From Burkholderiales bacterium (lineage in GTDB: Bacteria > Pseudomonadota > Gammaproteobacteria > Burkholderiales > SG8-39), in assembly GCA_035456405.1 (NCBI GenBank), contig DATIDG010000070.1:68163-132162 (forward strand): a stretch of DNA of 64,000 bases, read 5' to 3'. The translations under genes were made by a program, and so were the position numbers. Shown in pieces: positions 47,061 through 56,201 of the stretch (the first letter of the stretch is position 1; each line of letters starts with the position of its first letter). The notes under the pieces are model-generated. The model did not search any database, was not told where the DNA came from, and saw only the letters and a list, made by a program, of their open reading frames with translations.

Positions 47061-48124
47061 CGTGCGCTGCGCGCGCGCGTCGCGACCACCAGCAGGTACG
47101 CGAGCGCGGCGAACGGCCAGAGCGTCGAGACGGTCCGCGTCAGCCCGTTGAAGTTGAGGAAGTGGCCCTGCCACCAGACCGCGAGCGAGTGGGCGAGGTA
47201 CGGATTCTCCGGCGCGAGGTTGACGAGGACCGTGCCGGACATGAGCGCCACGCCGCAGAGGGCGACCGTCGCCGTCTCCGGGAGGCCGGCGAGGAGGAGC
47301 GCGGCAACCGCGCCGACTGCGAGCCCCGTGGCCGCGCCAGGTGTGAGCCACGCGAACGCGGCCTGCGGTTCGAAAAGGATCGCGAACGCGAGGGTGCGCG
47401 CCGCGAGCGCCGCGAGGATGGTCGCCGCCGCGACCCGGCGCCGCGGGCCGCCCGCGGCGACGAGGGCCGCGACGAGCAGCGCCACAGCGACGACGTTCGC
47501 GGCCGCTACCGCCGCCTCGATGCGCACGAAGGTCTCGGCCGGGTACAGGTCCGGCGTCTCGCCGCCGAGGAGGTCGCGCAGCGCGCCGTTGCCGAACAGA
47601 AGCGTTTCCGGGTTGAGTTGGGTGAAGATCCACAGCCCCATCAGCACCAGGCCGAGGTCGACCGCGTGTCCCGCACCGAACACGCGCTCGCGCAGCCGGT
47701 GCAGCCCGGCATCGGCGGCGAGGTGCCTGGAGACCGCGACCCCGGTGAGCGCGCCTAGGGCCGCCCCCACCGCGTTGGCGGCGAGGTCGGCGTTGGACGG
47801 GATGCGGTCGGGAAGATAGCTCTGCGCGCCCTCGAGCAGCACGCTGATGACGACTGCACCCGCGGTCCCGAGCAGCGCCGCAGCCGCGCCGGCCACGCGC
47901 GGCGCCATCGCGAGCACCGCCAGGAGCCCGAGGGGCGCGTAGGCCGCGACGTTCGCCGCGACGTCGAACCAGGTGAAGTAGCGCGGCAGCGGTCCTTCGA
48001 GAAATGCGAAGGGCGACAGCCCCTGGTCACGCCAGCCGGCGAGCGGATAGAGGCTGCCGTAGACGACGAGGAGCAGATAGGCGGCGAGCAGGTAGCGCGC
48101 GAGGGGCGAGGCGCGCGGCGCCAT
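47057..48124 (-). CDS. VanZ-like family membrane protein with an extended multi-TM C-terminal region
   Basis: 355 aa from ATG 48124. The N-terminal YLLLVVYGSLYP...EGAQSYLPDRIPSNADLAANAVGA matches the VanZ signature. Confidence 0.75.
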   Translation of the reverse strand: MAPRASPLARYLLAAYLLLVVYGSLYPLAGWRDQGLSPFAFLEGPLPRYFTWFDVAANVAAYAPLGLLAVLAMAPRVAGAAAALLGTAGAVVISVLLEGAQSYLPDRIPSNADLAANAVGAALGALTGVAVSRHLAADAGLHRLRERVFGAGHAVDLGLVLMGLWIFTQLNPETLLFGNGALRDLLGGETPDLYPAETFVRIEAAVAAANVVAVALLVAALVAAGGPRRRVAAATILAALAARTLAFAILFEPQAAFAWLTPGAATGLAVGAVAALLLAGLPETATVALCGVALMSGTVLVNLAPENPYLAHSLAVWWQGHFLNFNGLTRTVSTLWPFAALAYLLVVATRARSAR

Positions 48125-48137
48125 CACGCGCGCTGCC

Positions 48138-48653
48138 TCAGCGGAGCCGCGCGAGGGCGGCCTCGTAGAGGGCGAGCGTGCGCGCGTCGAACAGCGCGAA
48201 CACGATGCGCCCGATCCGCGGCTCCGCCGCGACGAACGATGCGCACGTCCCGACCGCGAGCGGCGCGGCGAGCTCGACCGGATAGCCGTAGATGCCGCAG
48301 CTGATCGCCGGGAACGCGATCGTGCGCAGGCCGTGCGCGACCGCAAGCTCGAGGCTGCGGCGGTAGCAGGACGCGAGCAGCTCGGGTTCCCCGAGCGTAC
48401 CGCCGTGCCACACCGGTCCCACGGCGTGGATCACGTGCTTCGCGGGAAGCCGGTAGCCCTGCGTGATCTTCGCGTCGCCGGTCGCGCAGCCGCCGAGGGT
48501 GCGGCACTCGGCGACAAGTTCCGGGCCGGCGGCGCGATGGATCGCGCCGTCGACCCCGCCGCCGCCGAGGAGCGACGAGTTGGCGGCGTTCACGATCGCG
48601 TCGACGGCGAGCGTGGTGATGTCGGCGTGGACTGCCTCGAGGCGAGTGGTCAT
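48138..48653 (-). CDS. Macro domain protein (O-acetyl-ADP-ribose deacetylase, YmdB-like)
   Basis: 171 aa with [22 protein letters not shown] and [14 protein letters not shown]. Confidence 0.92.
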   Translation of the reverse strand: MTTRLEAVHADITTLAVDAIVNAANSSLLGGGGVDGAIHRAAGPELVAECRTLGGCATGDAKITQGYRLPAKHVIHAVGPVWHGGTLGEPELLASCYRRSLELAVAHGLRTIAFPAISCGIYGYPVELAAPLAVGTCASFVAAEPRIGRIVFALFDARTLALYEAALARLR

Positions 48654-48732
48654 GGGTGGGGCAATTCAATCACGAATCGATGGGCCGGTGGCGTGCGCTA
48701 GACTGCGGCGCGTCCGCCAAGGGGAGGCCCAG

Positions 48733-49638
48733 GTGCCCAGGAAAGAGATCCTCGACCGCATCGAAAAGTTCATCGACCCGTACCGCATCACCAAGGGCAA
48801 GGTTTTTCGCCTGAACGACATCGATCCAGCCGACACCCGCAAGCTGAAGTCCGACCAGAAGGACGAGGCGAAGGAGGTGCTCGCGCGGGGCGTCGAGTGG
48901 CTCGCCGAGGAGCAGGACAAGCTCTACGCGCAGGACCGCTGGTCGGTGCTGCTCGTGTTCCAGGCGATGGATGCGGCGGGCAAGGACGGGACGATCAAGC
49001 ACGTGATGAGCGGCGTGAACCCGCAGGGCTGCCAGGTGTACTCGTTCAAGGCGCCCTCGCCGGAAGAGCTCGACCACGACTTCCTGTGGCGCACGACGAA
49101 GTGCCTGCCCGAGCGCGGCCGCATAGGTATCTTCAACCGCTCCTACTACGAGGAGGTGCTCGTGGTGCGGGTTCACGAGGCGATCCTCGCCCGCCAGAAG
49201 CTGCCGCCGCGGCTCGTCACGAAGCGGATCTGGGACGAGCGGCTCGAGGACATCGCCGCGTTCGAGCGCTATCTCGCTCGCAACGGCACGGTAGTCCTCA
49301 AGTTCTTCCTGCACGTGTCGCGCAAGGAGCAGAAGGAGCGCTTCATGGAGCGCCTGGACCAGCCCGAGAAGCACTGGAAATTCTCGGCCGCCGACGTGCA
49401 CGAGCGGCAGCACTGGGACGACTACATGGAGGCCTACGAGGACGCGATCCGCGCGACCGCGACGAAGCACGCGCCGTGGTACGTCGTGCCGGCCGACAAC
49501 AAGTGGTTCACGCGGCTCGTCGTGGCCGCCGCGATCGTGGAGGCGCTCGAAAAGCTGGACCTCGAGTACCCGAAAGTGGATGCCGCGCAGAGGAAGGCGC
49601 TCGCCGTAGCCCGGGCGGCGCTCCTGAAGGAAAAGTAG
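48733..49638 (+). CDS. ppk2: Polyphosphate kinase 2 (PPK2) family protein
   Basis: 301 aa from GTG 48733 with a GGGGAGG ribosome-binding site. It has FQAMDAAGKDGTIKH (Walker A-like), IFNRSYYE and WYVVPADNKW. Confidence 0.9.
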   Translation: MPRKEILDRIEKFIDPYRITKGKVFRLNDIDPADTRKLKSDQKDEAKEVLARGVEWLAEEQDKLYAQDRWSVLLVFQAMDAAGKDGTIKHVMSGVNPQGCQVYSFKAPSPEELDHDFLWRTTKCLPERGRIGIFNRSYYEEVLVVRVHEAILARQKLPPRLVTKRIWDERLEDIAAFERYLARNGTVVLKFFLHVSRKEQKERFMERLDQPEKHWKFSAADVHERQHWDDYMEAYEDAIRATATKHAPWYVVPADNKWFTRLVVAAAIVEALEKLDLEYPKVDAAQRKALAVARAALLKEK

Positions 49639-49675
49639 CCCGCGCCGCGGGTCTTCCCGTCGCCCCGGGGCGGGG

Positions 49676-49689
49676 TTGACTCACGTCAA
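49676..49689 (+). promoter_or_regulatory. FNR/Anr-type (CRP-FNR family) box with class II spacing to a TAGGCT -10
   Basis: Perfect palindrome TTGAC-tcac-GTCAA. Its centre is about 41.5 bp upstream of a TSS implied by TAGGCT at 49711-49716. It lies upstream of the DUF3141-pta-ackA-fabI genes. Confidence 0.5.
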
Positions 49690-49776
49690 CCTCGTGCGAG
49701 GTCGGTGTGGTAGGCTCTTATTGCAGTGCACCATACCATGCTCGCCCCGGGGCCGTCGCCCCGCAAAGGAATCGCA

Positions 49777-52104
49777 ATGACCGACCTCGGCAAACAGCTC
49801 TCCCGCACGCACGACTTGTCCAGCAAGATCGCGCAGCTCTTTCAGAAGCGCGCGCAAACCGCGCAGCAGCGATTCACCGAGCGCGTGCAACGCGCCTACG
49901 CGAAGCATGTCGCCGACCTCGTGTCGAAGCCGATGTCGCCGTGGGACATCTGGACCGACTGGTCGCGGTACGCGGTCGATTTCGCGCAGCGGTCGACGCT
50001 GTTCTGGGACGCGATTCGCCAGCGCGGCAACCAGTACCTCGAGCACACGCGGGCTGGCCAGCCGCCGGTGCTGCACTTCGACTACGAGGTCGTGCTCGAC
50101 GCACGCACCTTCGACAGGCCCGTGAATTACGCGCTGCTGCGCATCGTCCCGCCGCAGGGCGTGATCGTCGATCCGAAGCGCCGGCCCTACGTCATCATCG
50201 ACCCGCGCGCCGGCCACGGCCCGGGCATCGGCGGGTTCAAGGACGATTCCCAGGTCGGCGTCGCGCTGCGCGAAGGCCACCCGGTGTACTTTGTGATGTT
50301 CTATCCGCAACCCGAGCCGGGGCAGACCCTGCTCGACGTGACCGAGGCCGAGCGGAAGTTCGTGCACCGGGTGCGCGAGCTGCATCCGGAGAGCCCAAAG
50401 CCCGTGATCGTGGGCAACTGCCAGGGCGGCTGGGCGGCGATGATGCTCGCCGCCGCCGATCCCGACGAGATGGGGCCGATCGTGATCAACGGCGCCCCGA
50501 TGTCGTACTGGGGCGGCGCATGGGGCGAGGAGCAGGCTGAGAACCCGATGCGGTACTCCGGCGGCAACCTCGGCGGCACGTGGCTCGCCTCGCTCACCGC
50601 CGACCTCGGCAACGGTGTCTTCGACGGCGCCCACCTCGTGCAGAACTTCGAGAATCTGCATCCGTCGAACACGTTCTGGGACAAGTACTACCACCTGTTC
50701 GCGAACGTCGACACCGAGCCGCCGCGCTTCCTCGAGTTCGAGCGCTGGTGGGGCGGGTTCTTCCTGCTGAACCGCGAGGAGATCGAGTGGATCACGCAGG
50801 AGCTCTTCGTCGGCAACGACCTCTGGTCGGGGAAGGTGAAGTCGAAAGCCGGCGAGCCGCTCGACCTGAAGCGGATCAAGTCGCCGATCATCCTGTTCGC
50901 CTCGATGGGCGACAACATCACGCCCGCGCAGCAGGCGTTCAACTGGGTGGCCGACGTGTACGGCTCGACCGACGAGATCAAGGCGCGCGGCCAGGTCATC
51001 GTCGGCCTGCTCCACGAGAGCATCGGGCACCTCGGCATCTTCGTTTCCGGCGGCGTGGCGAAGAAGGAACATGCGCAGATCGTCTCGGTGCTGAAGTCGA
51101 TCGAGGCGCTGCCGCCCGGGCTGTTCGCCATGGAGATCGTCGAGACGAAGGGCGCCGACGGCAAGCCGGCGTACGATGTCCAATTCCACGAGCGCAGGCT
51201 CGAGGAGGTTCTCGAGCGCGCCAACCGCTTCAAGCGCGTGGACGAGAAGCCGTTCGAGGCGGTCGCGGCAGTCTCGGACTTCAACCAGCGCGCCTACGAG
51301 CTCTTCGCGCAGCCGCTCATGCAGGCGCTGTCGAACGAGTACACCGCCAAGCTCGGCCGCGAGTTCCATCCGCTGCGCTTCCAGCGCTGGGCGTTCTCCG
51401 ACCTGAACCCCTGGCTCGCCTGGCTCAAGCCGACTGCCGCGATGGTCCAGGCGAACCGGCAGGCGCTCGGGGGCGATTCGCCGAGCCGCCGGGTCGAGCA
51501 GATGATGTCCGAGATCGTGAGCGCGTCGCTCGATTACTACCGCGACGTCCGCGACGCGACGAGCGAGGCGCAGTTCTTCCAGACCTACGGCAACATGTTC
51601 GCGCTCTACCTGGCGGACCGGTACGAGACGGAGGCGGCGCGGACGAAGCAGGTCGACCCGCGTGAGGCGCCGTTCGTCAAGGAGGCGCTCGCGTCGATCG
51701 AGGAAGGCGGCTACGCGGCGGCGGCCACCCGGGTCGCTGCGCTGCTGGCCGAGGATGACCCGACCATCCCGCTCGCCCAATACGTGCTCAAGAGCGAGCT
51801 CGCGACCGACTATGCGGAATATCTGCCGCCGCTTGCCCGCGACGAGATGCGCCGCGTGCGCGGCGAGCAGGACATCATCGTGCGGTACGCGCGCGAACGG
51901 GCAATCGAGACGCTGCCGAAGCTCCTCGATCAGCGCGCCGACCGCGAGCGCTTCCTCGCGCTGGTCGACAAGCTCAGCACCGACCCGCGTCTCTTCGGGC
52001 GCCCCATGAGCGCGCACGATCGCGACGTGGTCGAGACGGTGCGCAGGGTGCTCGCCGCCGCGCCGCCGCGCCTCGCCGCGGTGAAGAAGAGCCAGGCGGC
52101 CTGA
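49777..52104 (+). CDS. DUF3141 domain protein (alpha/beta-hydrolase-like, PHA-metabolism associated)
   Basis: 775 aa from ATG 49777 with an AAAGGA ribosome-binding site. It has the characteristic N-terminal region ...FWDAIRQRGNQYLEH...IIDPRAGHGPGIGGFK and GNCQGGWA. Confidence 0.85.
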   Translation: MTDLGKQLSRTHDLSSKIAQLFQKRAQTAQQRFTERVQRAYAKHVADLVSKPMSPWDIWTDWSRYAVDFAQRSTLFWDAIRQRGNQYLEHTRAGQPPVLHFDYEVVLDARTFDRPVNYALLRIVPPQGVIVDPKRRPYVIIDPRAGHGPGIGGFKDDSQVGVALREGHPVYFVMFYPQPEPGQTLLDVTEAERKFVHRVRELHPESPKPVIVGNCQGGWAAMMLAAADPDEMGPIVINGAPMSYWGGAWGEEQAENPMRYSGGNLGGTWLASLTADLGNGVFDGAHLVQNFENLHPSNTFWDKYYHLFANVDTEPPRFLEFERWWGGFFLLNREEIEWITQELFVGNDLWSGKVKSKAGEPLDLKRIKSPIILFASMGDNITPAQQAFNWVADVYGSTDEIKARGQVIVGLLHESIGHLGIFVSGGVAKKEHAQIVSVLKSIEALPPGLFAMEIVETKGADGKPAYDVQFHERRLEEVLERANRFKRVDEKPFEAVAAVSDFNQRAYELFAQPLMQALSNEYTAKLGREFHPLRFQRWAFSDLNPWLAWLKPTAAMVQANRQALGGDSPSRRVEQMMSEIVSASLDYYRDVRDATSEAQFFQTYGNMFALYLADRYETEAARTKQVDPREAPFVKEALASIEEGGYAAAATRVAALLAEDDPTIPLAQYVLKSELATDYAEYLPPLARDEMRRVRGEQDIIVRYARERAIETLPKLLDQRADRERFLALVDKLSTDPRLFGRPMSAHDRDVVETVRRVLAAAPPRLAAVKKSQAA

Positions 52105-52108
52105 ACCG

Positions 52109-53506
52109 ATGGCAACCGCGAGCTACCGCAACGTCACGTTCGAGGAAATCGAGGTCGGCAAGGGCGTCACCGTCACCCGCACGGTGACCAACACCGAGGT
52201 GGAGGCGCTCGCGCTGGTCTCCGGCGAGGTCGATCCCTATCACGTCGAGCCCGGCGCGTTCGGGCAGACCGGCGTCCCGGTCGCGCAGGGCGTCGGCGCG
52301 GAGGCGATCGTGTCCGGCCTCCTCAATCGCCGCATGCCCGGCCCCGGCACGCGCATCCTCAGCCAGGCGCTCGCCTTCGAGGGCGAGATCCGCGTCGGCG
52401 ACGAGATCGTTGCGACGGTGACGCCGCGCGAAAAGCGCTCGGAAGGCCGCATCGTCGTCTTCGAGTGCACGGTCGCGGCGGGCGGTCGCCGGATCGCGAG
52501 CGGCACCGTCACCGTGGAGGCGCCGACGCGGCGCATCGCCTACGACGAGATCGCCACGCCGCAGATGATCCTCCGGCACAACGACGCCTTCACCCGCCTG
52601 CTCAAGCGCTGCGAGGGCCTCGAGCCGGTGACCTGCGCAATCGTGCACCCCTGCGATCGCGATTCGCTGCTCGGTCCGCTCGAGGCGGCCAAGCGCAAGC
52701 TGATCGTGCCGATCCTGGTCGGCCCGGAGGCGAAGATCCGGGCGGTCGCGGCCGCAGAGAAAGTCGATCTCGCGCCTTATCGGATGGTATCGACCGAGCA
52801 CAGCCACGCCGCGGCCGCGCAGGCCGTCGCGATGGCGCGCGCGGGCGAGGTCGAGGCGCTGATGAAGGGGAGCCTCCACACCGACGAGCTGATGGCCGCG
52901 GTGGTGCCGTCGGCAACGGGCCTGCGCACCGCGCGGCGCATCAGCCACGCCTTCGTCCTCGACGTGCCGGCCTACCCGCGCCCGCTGATGGTGACCGATG
53001 CGGCGATCAACATCTTCCCCGACCTCGAGTGCAAGGCCGACATCGTTCAGAACGCAATCGAGCTCGCGCAGATTCTAGGGATCGAGCAGCCGAAGGTCGC
53101 GATCCTCTCGGCGGTCGAGACGATCAACCCGAAGATCCAGTCCACCCTCGACGCGGCGGCGCTTTGCAAGATGGCCGACCGCGGGCAAATCACCGGCGGC
53201 ATCCTCGACGGGCCGCTCGCCTTCGACAACGCGATCAGCGAGGAGGCGGCGAAGACGAAGAAGATCGTCTCGCCCGTGGCGGGGAAGGCGGACATCCTGC
53301 TCGTGCCGGATCTCGAAGCGGGCAACATGGTCGCCAAGCAGCTGCAGTACCTCGCCGGCGCCGACAGCGCGGGCATCGTGCTCGGCACGCGCGTGCCGAT
53401 CGTGCTCACGAGCCGCGCGGACAACGTGCGCACGCGGCTCGCGTCGGCCGCGGTGATGGCGCTCGTCGCGCACGCGAAGCGGGCAAAGCTGGCGCCCAGG
53501 CAGTAG
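52109..53506 (+). CDS. Bifunctional enoyl-CoA hydratase (MaoC-like) / phosphate acetyl-butyryltransferase
   Basis: 465 aa with an N-terminal hot-dog segment and a C-terminal PTA_PTB domain (DAAINI...LVPDLEAGN). Confidence 0.9.
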   Translation: MATASYRNVTFEEIEVGKGVTVTRTVTNTEVEALALVSGEVDPYHVEPGAFGQTGVPVAQGVGAEAIVSGLLNRRMPGPGTRILSQALAFEGEIRVGDEIVATVTPREKRSEGRIVVFECTVAAGGRRIASGTVTVEAPTRRIAYDEIATPQMILRHNDAFTRLLKRCEGLEPVTCAIVHPCDRDSLLGPLEAAKRKLIVPILVGPEAKIRAVAAAEKVDLAPYRMVSTEHSHAAAAQAVAMARAGEVEALMKGSLHTDELMAAVVPSATGLRTARRISHAFVLDVPAYPRPLMVTDAAINIFPDLECKADIVQNAIELAQILGIEQPKVAILSAVETINPKIQSTLDAAALCKMADRGQITGGILDGPLAFDNAISEEAAKTKKIVSPVAGKADILLVPDLEAGNMVAKQLQYLAGADSAGIVLGTRVPIVLTSRADNVRTRLASAAVMALVAHAKRAKLAPRQ

Positions 53507-53513
53507 GTCGCAG

Positions 53514-54692
53514 ATGTCCGACGCGATCGTCGTCCTCAACGCCGGGTCGTCCAGCATCAAGTTCTCGCTGTTCCTGGCGCGCGACGGCGAGCTCGAGCTC
53601 GACGTCCGCGGCCAGATCGAGGGGATCTACACCGAGCCGCGCTTCGTGGCGAAAGCCCCCGACGGCGCGACGAAGAGCGAGAAGGCGTGGGCTGAGGGGA
53701 AGCTCGGCCACGACGCGGCGCTTCGGTACCTGATGGATTTCCTGCGGCAGGAGCTCGCCGACGACCGGCTGGTCGGGGTCGGCCACCGCGTCGTGCACGG
53801 CGCGCTCGACTACCGCGAGCCTGTGCGCGTCGACGCCATCGTGCTCGCCGGGCTCGAGAAGCTCGTTCCCCTCGCGCCGCTGCACCAGCCGCACAATCTC
53901 GCGGCGATCCGGGCGCTGCTCGCGGCGGTGCCGGATCTTCCGCAGATCGCCTGCTTCGACACCTCGTTCCATCGCACCAACCCCGACGTCGCCCAGCGCT
54001 TCGCGATACCGACGGAGCTGCACGACGCGGGCGTGCGGCGCTACGGCTTCCACGGGTTGTCCTACGAGTACATCGCCTCGGCGCTGCCGCAGTACGACGC
54101 GAAGGCCGCGGCGGGCAAGACCGTGGTCCTGCACCTCGGCAACGGCTCGAGCATGTGCGCGATCGACTCCGGGCGCAGCGTCGCGAGCACGATGGGGTTC
54201 ACGGCGGTCGACGGCTTGCCGATGGGCACCCGCACCGGCGCGCTCGATCCGGGCGTGATCCTCTACCTGATGGACGAGCGCAAGATGGATGCGCGCGCCA
54301 TCGAGAAGCTGATCTACAACCAGTCGGGGCTGCTCGGCGTCTCCGGCCTGTCGAGCGACATGCGCACGCTGCTTGCCTCCGACGATCCGCGCGCGCGACT
54401 CGCGATCGACCTCTATTGCTACCGCATCCGGCGCGAGATGGGCTCGCTCGCCGCAGCCCTCGGAGGCCTGGACGCGATCGTGTTCACCGCCGGCATCGGC
54501 GAGAACTCGCGCGAGATCCGCGAGCGGGTGTGCGGCGATGCCGCGTGGCTCGGCGTCGAGCTCGACGCCGTGGCGAACGCGAAGGGCGGCCCGCGCATTA
54601 GCGCCGCGGGGAGCCGCGTGTCAGCCTGGACGATTCCGACCAACGAGGAGCTGATGATCGCGCGGCACACGCGGCGCGTCATCAGCCACTGA
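53514..54692 (+). CDS. ackA: Acetate (propionate) kinase
   Basis: 392 aa with VLNAGSSSIKFSLF, HRVVHG, GFHGLSYEY and IVFTAGIGENS. Confidence 0.93.
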   Translation: MSDAIVVLNAGSSSIKFSLFLARDGELELDVRGQIEGIYTEPRFVAKAPDGATKSEKAWAEGKLGHDAALRYLMDFLRQELADDRLVGVGHRVVHGALDYREPVRVDAIVLAGLEKLVPLAPLHQPHNLAAIRALLAAVPDLPQIACFDTSFHRTNPDVAQRFAIPTELHDAGVRRYGFHGLSYEYIASALPQYDAKAAAGKTVVLHLGNGSSMCAIDSGRSVASTMGFTAVDGLPMGTRTGALDPGVILYLMDERKMDARAIEKLIYNQSGLLGVSGLSSDMRTLLASDDPRARLAIDLYCYRIRREMGSLAAALGGLDAIVFTAGIGENSREIRERVCGDAAWLGVELDAVANAKGGPRISAAGSRVSAWTIPTNEELMIARHTRRVISH

Positions 54693-54707
54693 GCCGGGCG
54701 CACGGCG

Positions 54708-54949
54708 ATGGCGGTGTTGGCGGGCAGGGCCGCGGTGGTCACCGGATCGACGAGCGGCATCGGGCTCGGCATCGCGCAGGCGCTCGCACCGGATGCCGCG
54801 AGGATGCGGCTGCTGGGCGAGAAGCAGCCCTCGCTCGAGTTCGCGACGCCGGAGCAGATCGGCGCCCTCGCTACATTCCTGTGCACGGACGGGGAGAGCA
54901 GATCCGCGGCGCGTCGCTGAGCGTCGACGGCGGATGGTTGGCGCAGTAA
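54708..54949 (+). pseudogene. 3-hydroxybutyrate dehydrogenase (SDR) remnant: large internal deletion plus a frameshift
   Basis: The N-terminus AAVVTGSTSGIGLGIAQALA is joined directly to the C-terminal LLGEKQPSLEFATPEQIGALATFL. The terminal ...QIRGASLSVDGGWLAQ* is readable only after a shift at the G4 run 54891-54894. Confidence 0.65.
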
Positions 54950-54973
54950 GCAAATCAGGAAAGGCGACAGGCT

Positions 54974-55750
54974 ATGGACATTCCCCGCCCGGTGCTGAAG
55001 GACAAGAAGGCGCTCGTGGTCGGCATCGCGAACGAGCACTCCATCGCGTACGGCTGCGCCGCGGCCTTCCGCGAGCTCGGCGCCGACATCGCGCTCACCT
55101 ACCTCAACGAGAAGGCGAAGTCCTATGTCGCGCCACTGGCGAAGAAGCTCGAGGCGCCGATCTTCATGCCGCTCGACGTGTCGCAGCCCGGCGAGCTGGA
55201 GGCGCTGTTCGAGCGGATCGCGCGCGACTGGGGGCGGCTCGACATCCTGGTGCACTCGATCGCCTGGGCGCCGAAGGACGACCTGCAGGGCGGCTTGCTG
55301 AACGTGTCGGCGGAGGGTTTCGCGAAAGCGATGGACGTGTCGTGCCATTCGTTCGTCCGCATGGCGCGGCTCGCCGCGCCGCTGATGAAGGAAGGCGGCA
55401 CGATGTTCGCGATGAGCTACCACGGCGCGCAGAAGGTGGTCGCGAACTACAACGTGATGGGGCCGATCAAGGCGGCGCTGGAGGCGGCATGCCGCTACCT
55501 CGCCTACGAGCTCGGGCCGCAGAAGATCCGCGTGCACCCGATCTCGCCCGGGCCGCTCAAGACGCGCGCCGCTTCGGGGCTGAAGGACTTCGACATGATG
55601 CTGAACGACGCCATCCAGCGCGCGCCCGTGGGCGAACTCGTCGACATCATGGACGTGGGCTTCGCCTGCGCGTATCTTGCGACGCCGTATGCGCGTCGCA
55701 TCACCGGCCAGACCATCTACGTCGACGGTGGCGTGAACATAATGGCGTGA
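54974..55750 (+). CDS. fabI: Enoyl-[acyl-carrier-protein] reductase FabI
   Basis: 258 aa with ALVVGIANEHSIAYG, Y-x6-K (YNVMGPIKAALE) and SPGPLKTRAASG. Confidence 0.93.
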   Translation: MDIPRPVLKDKKALVVGIANEHSIAYGCAAAFRELGADIALTYLNEKAKSYVAPLAKKLEAPIFMPLDVSQPGELEALFERIARDWGRLDILVHSIAWAPKDDLQGGLLNVSAEGFAKAMDVSCHSFVRMARLAAPLMKEGGTMFAMSYHGAQKVVANYNVMGPIKAALEAACRYLAYELGPQKIRVHPISPGPLKTRAASGLKDFDMMLNDAIQRAPVGELVDIMDVGFACAYLATPYARRITGQTIYVDGGVNIMA

Positions 55751-55772
55751 GGACGCCCGGAGGAATGCACCT

Positions 55773-56036
55773 ATGAGCGAAAGACTCTGGATCGGCAACG
55801 TGCCGCCGGAAGCTACCGACGAAGAGGTGGTCGCGCTCGCGAAGAAGTACTCGACGCTGGAAGGCAAGGTGGTCCAGCGCCTCGAGGGCGACGGATCCCG
55901 GCCCGTACGCGTGCTCGAGTTCGTCGGCGCGCCGCTCGGCGCGGTGGACACGCTGGCGTTGCGGCTCGCCGGGATGTACTGGAAGGAGCGACGGCTCCAC
56001 GCATACCGGATCCAGCACGATCCGAGCAAGTCCTAG
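55773..56036 (+). CDS. Small RRM-like putative RNA-binding protein
   Basis: 87 aa with an RNP2-like LWIGNVP and an RNP1-like RPVRVLEF. The assignment is weak. Confidence 0.5.
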   Translation: MSERLWIGNVPPEATDEEVVALAKKYSTLEGKVVQRLEGDGSRPVRVLEFVGAPLGAVDTLALRLAGMYWKERRLHAYRIQHDPSKS

Positions 56037-56201
56037 CTCCGCCGGGCTGCGTTGCCGCGCCCGGGCAATCTAGGGCAGAATCCCCCGTCTGAAGACTTCG
56101 CGCGCTCGGCGCGAAGCGCTTCGAGGAGGCGGCGATCCGCCGCGCGCGCGGCCGTCCTGCCTTCGCGTCCCGGCTGTCGACCCACGTCCTGGAGGAGTCA
56201 G

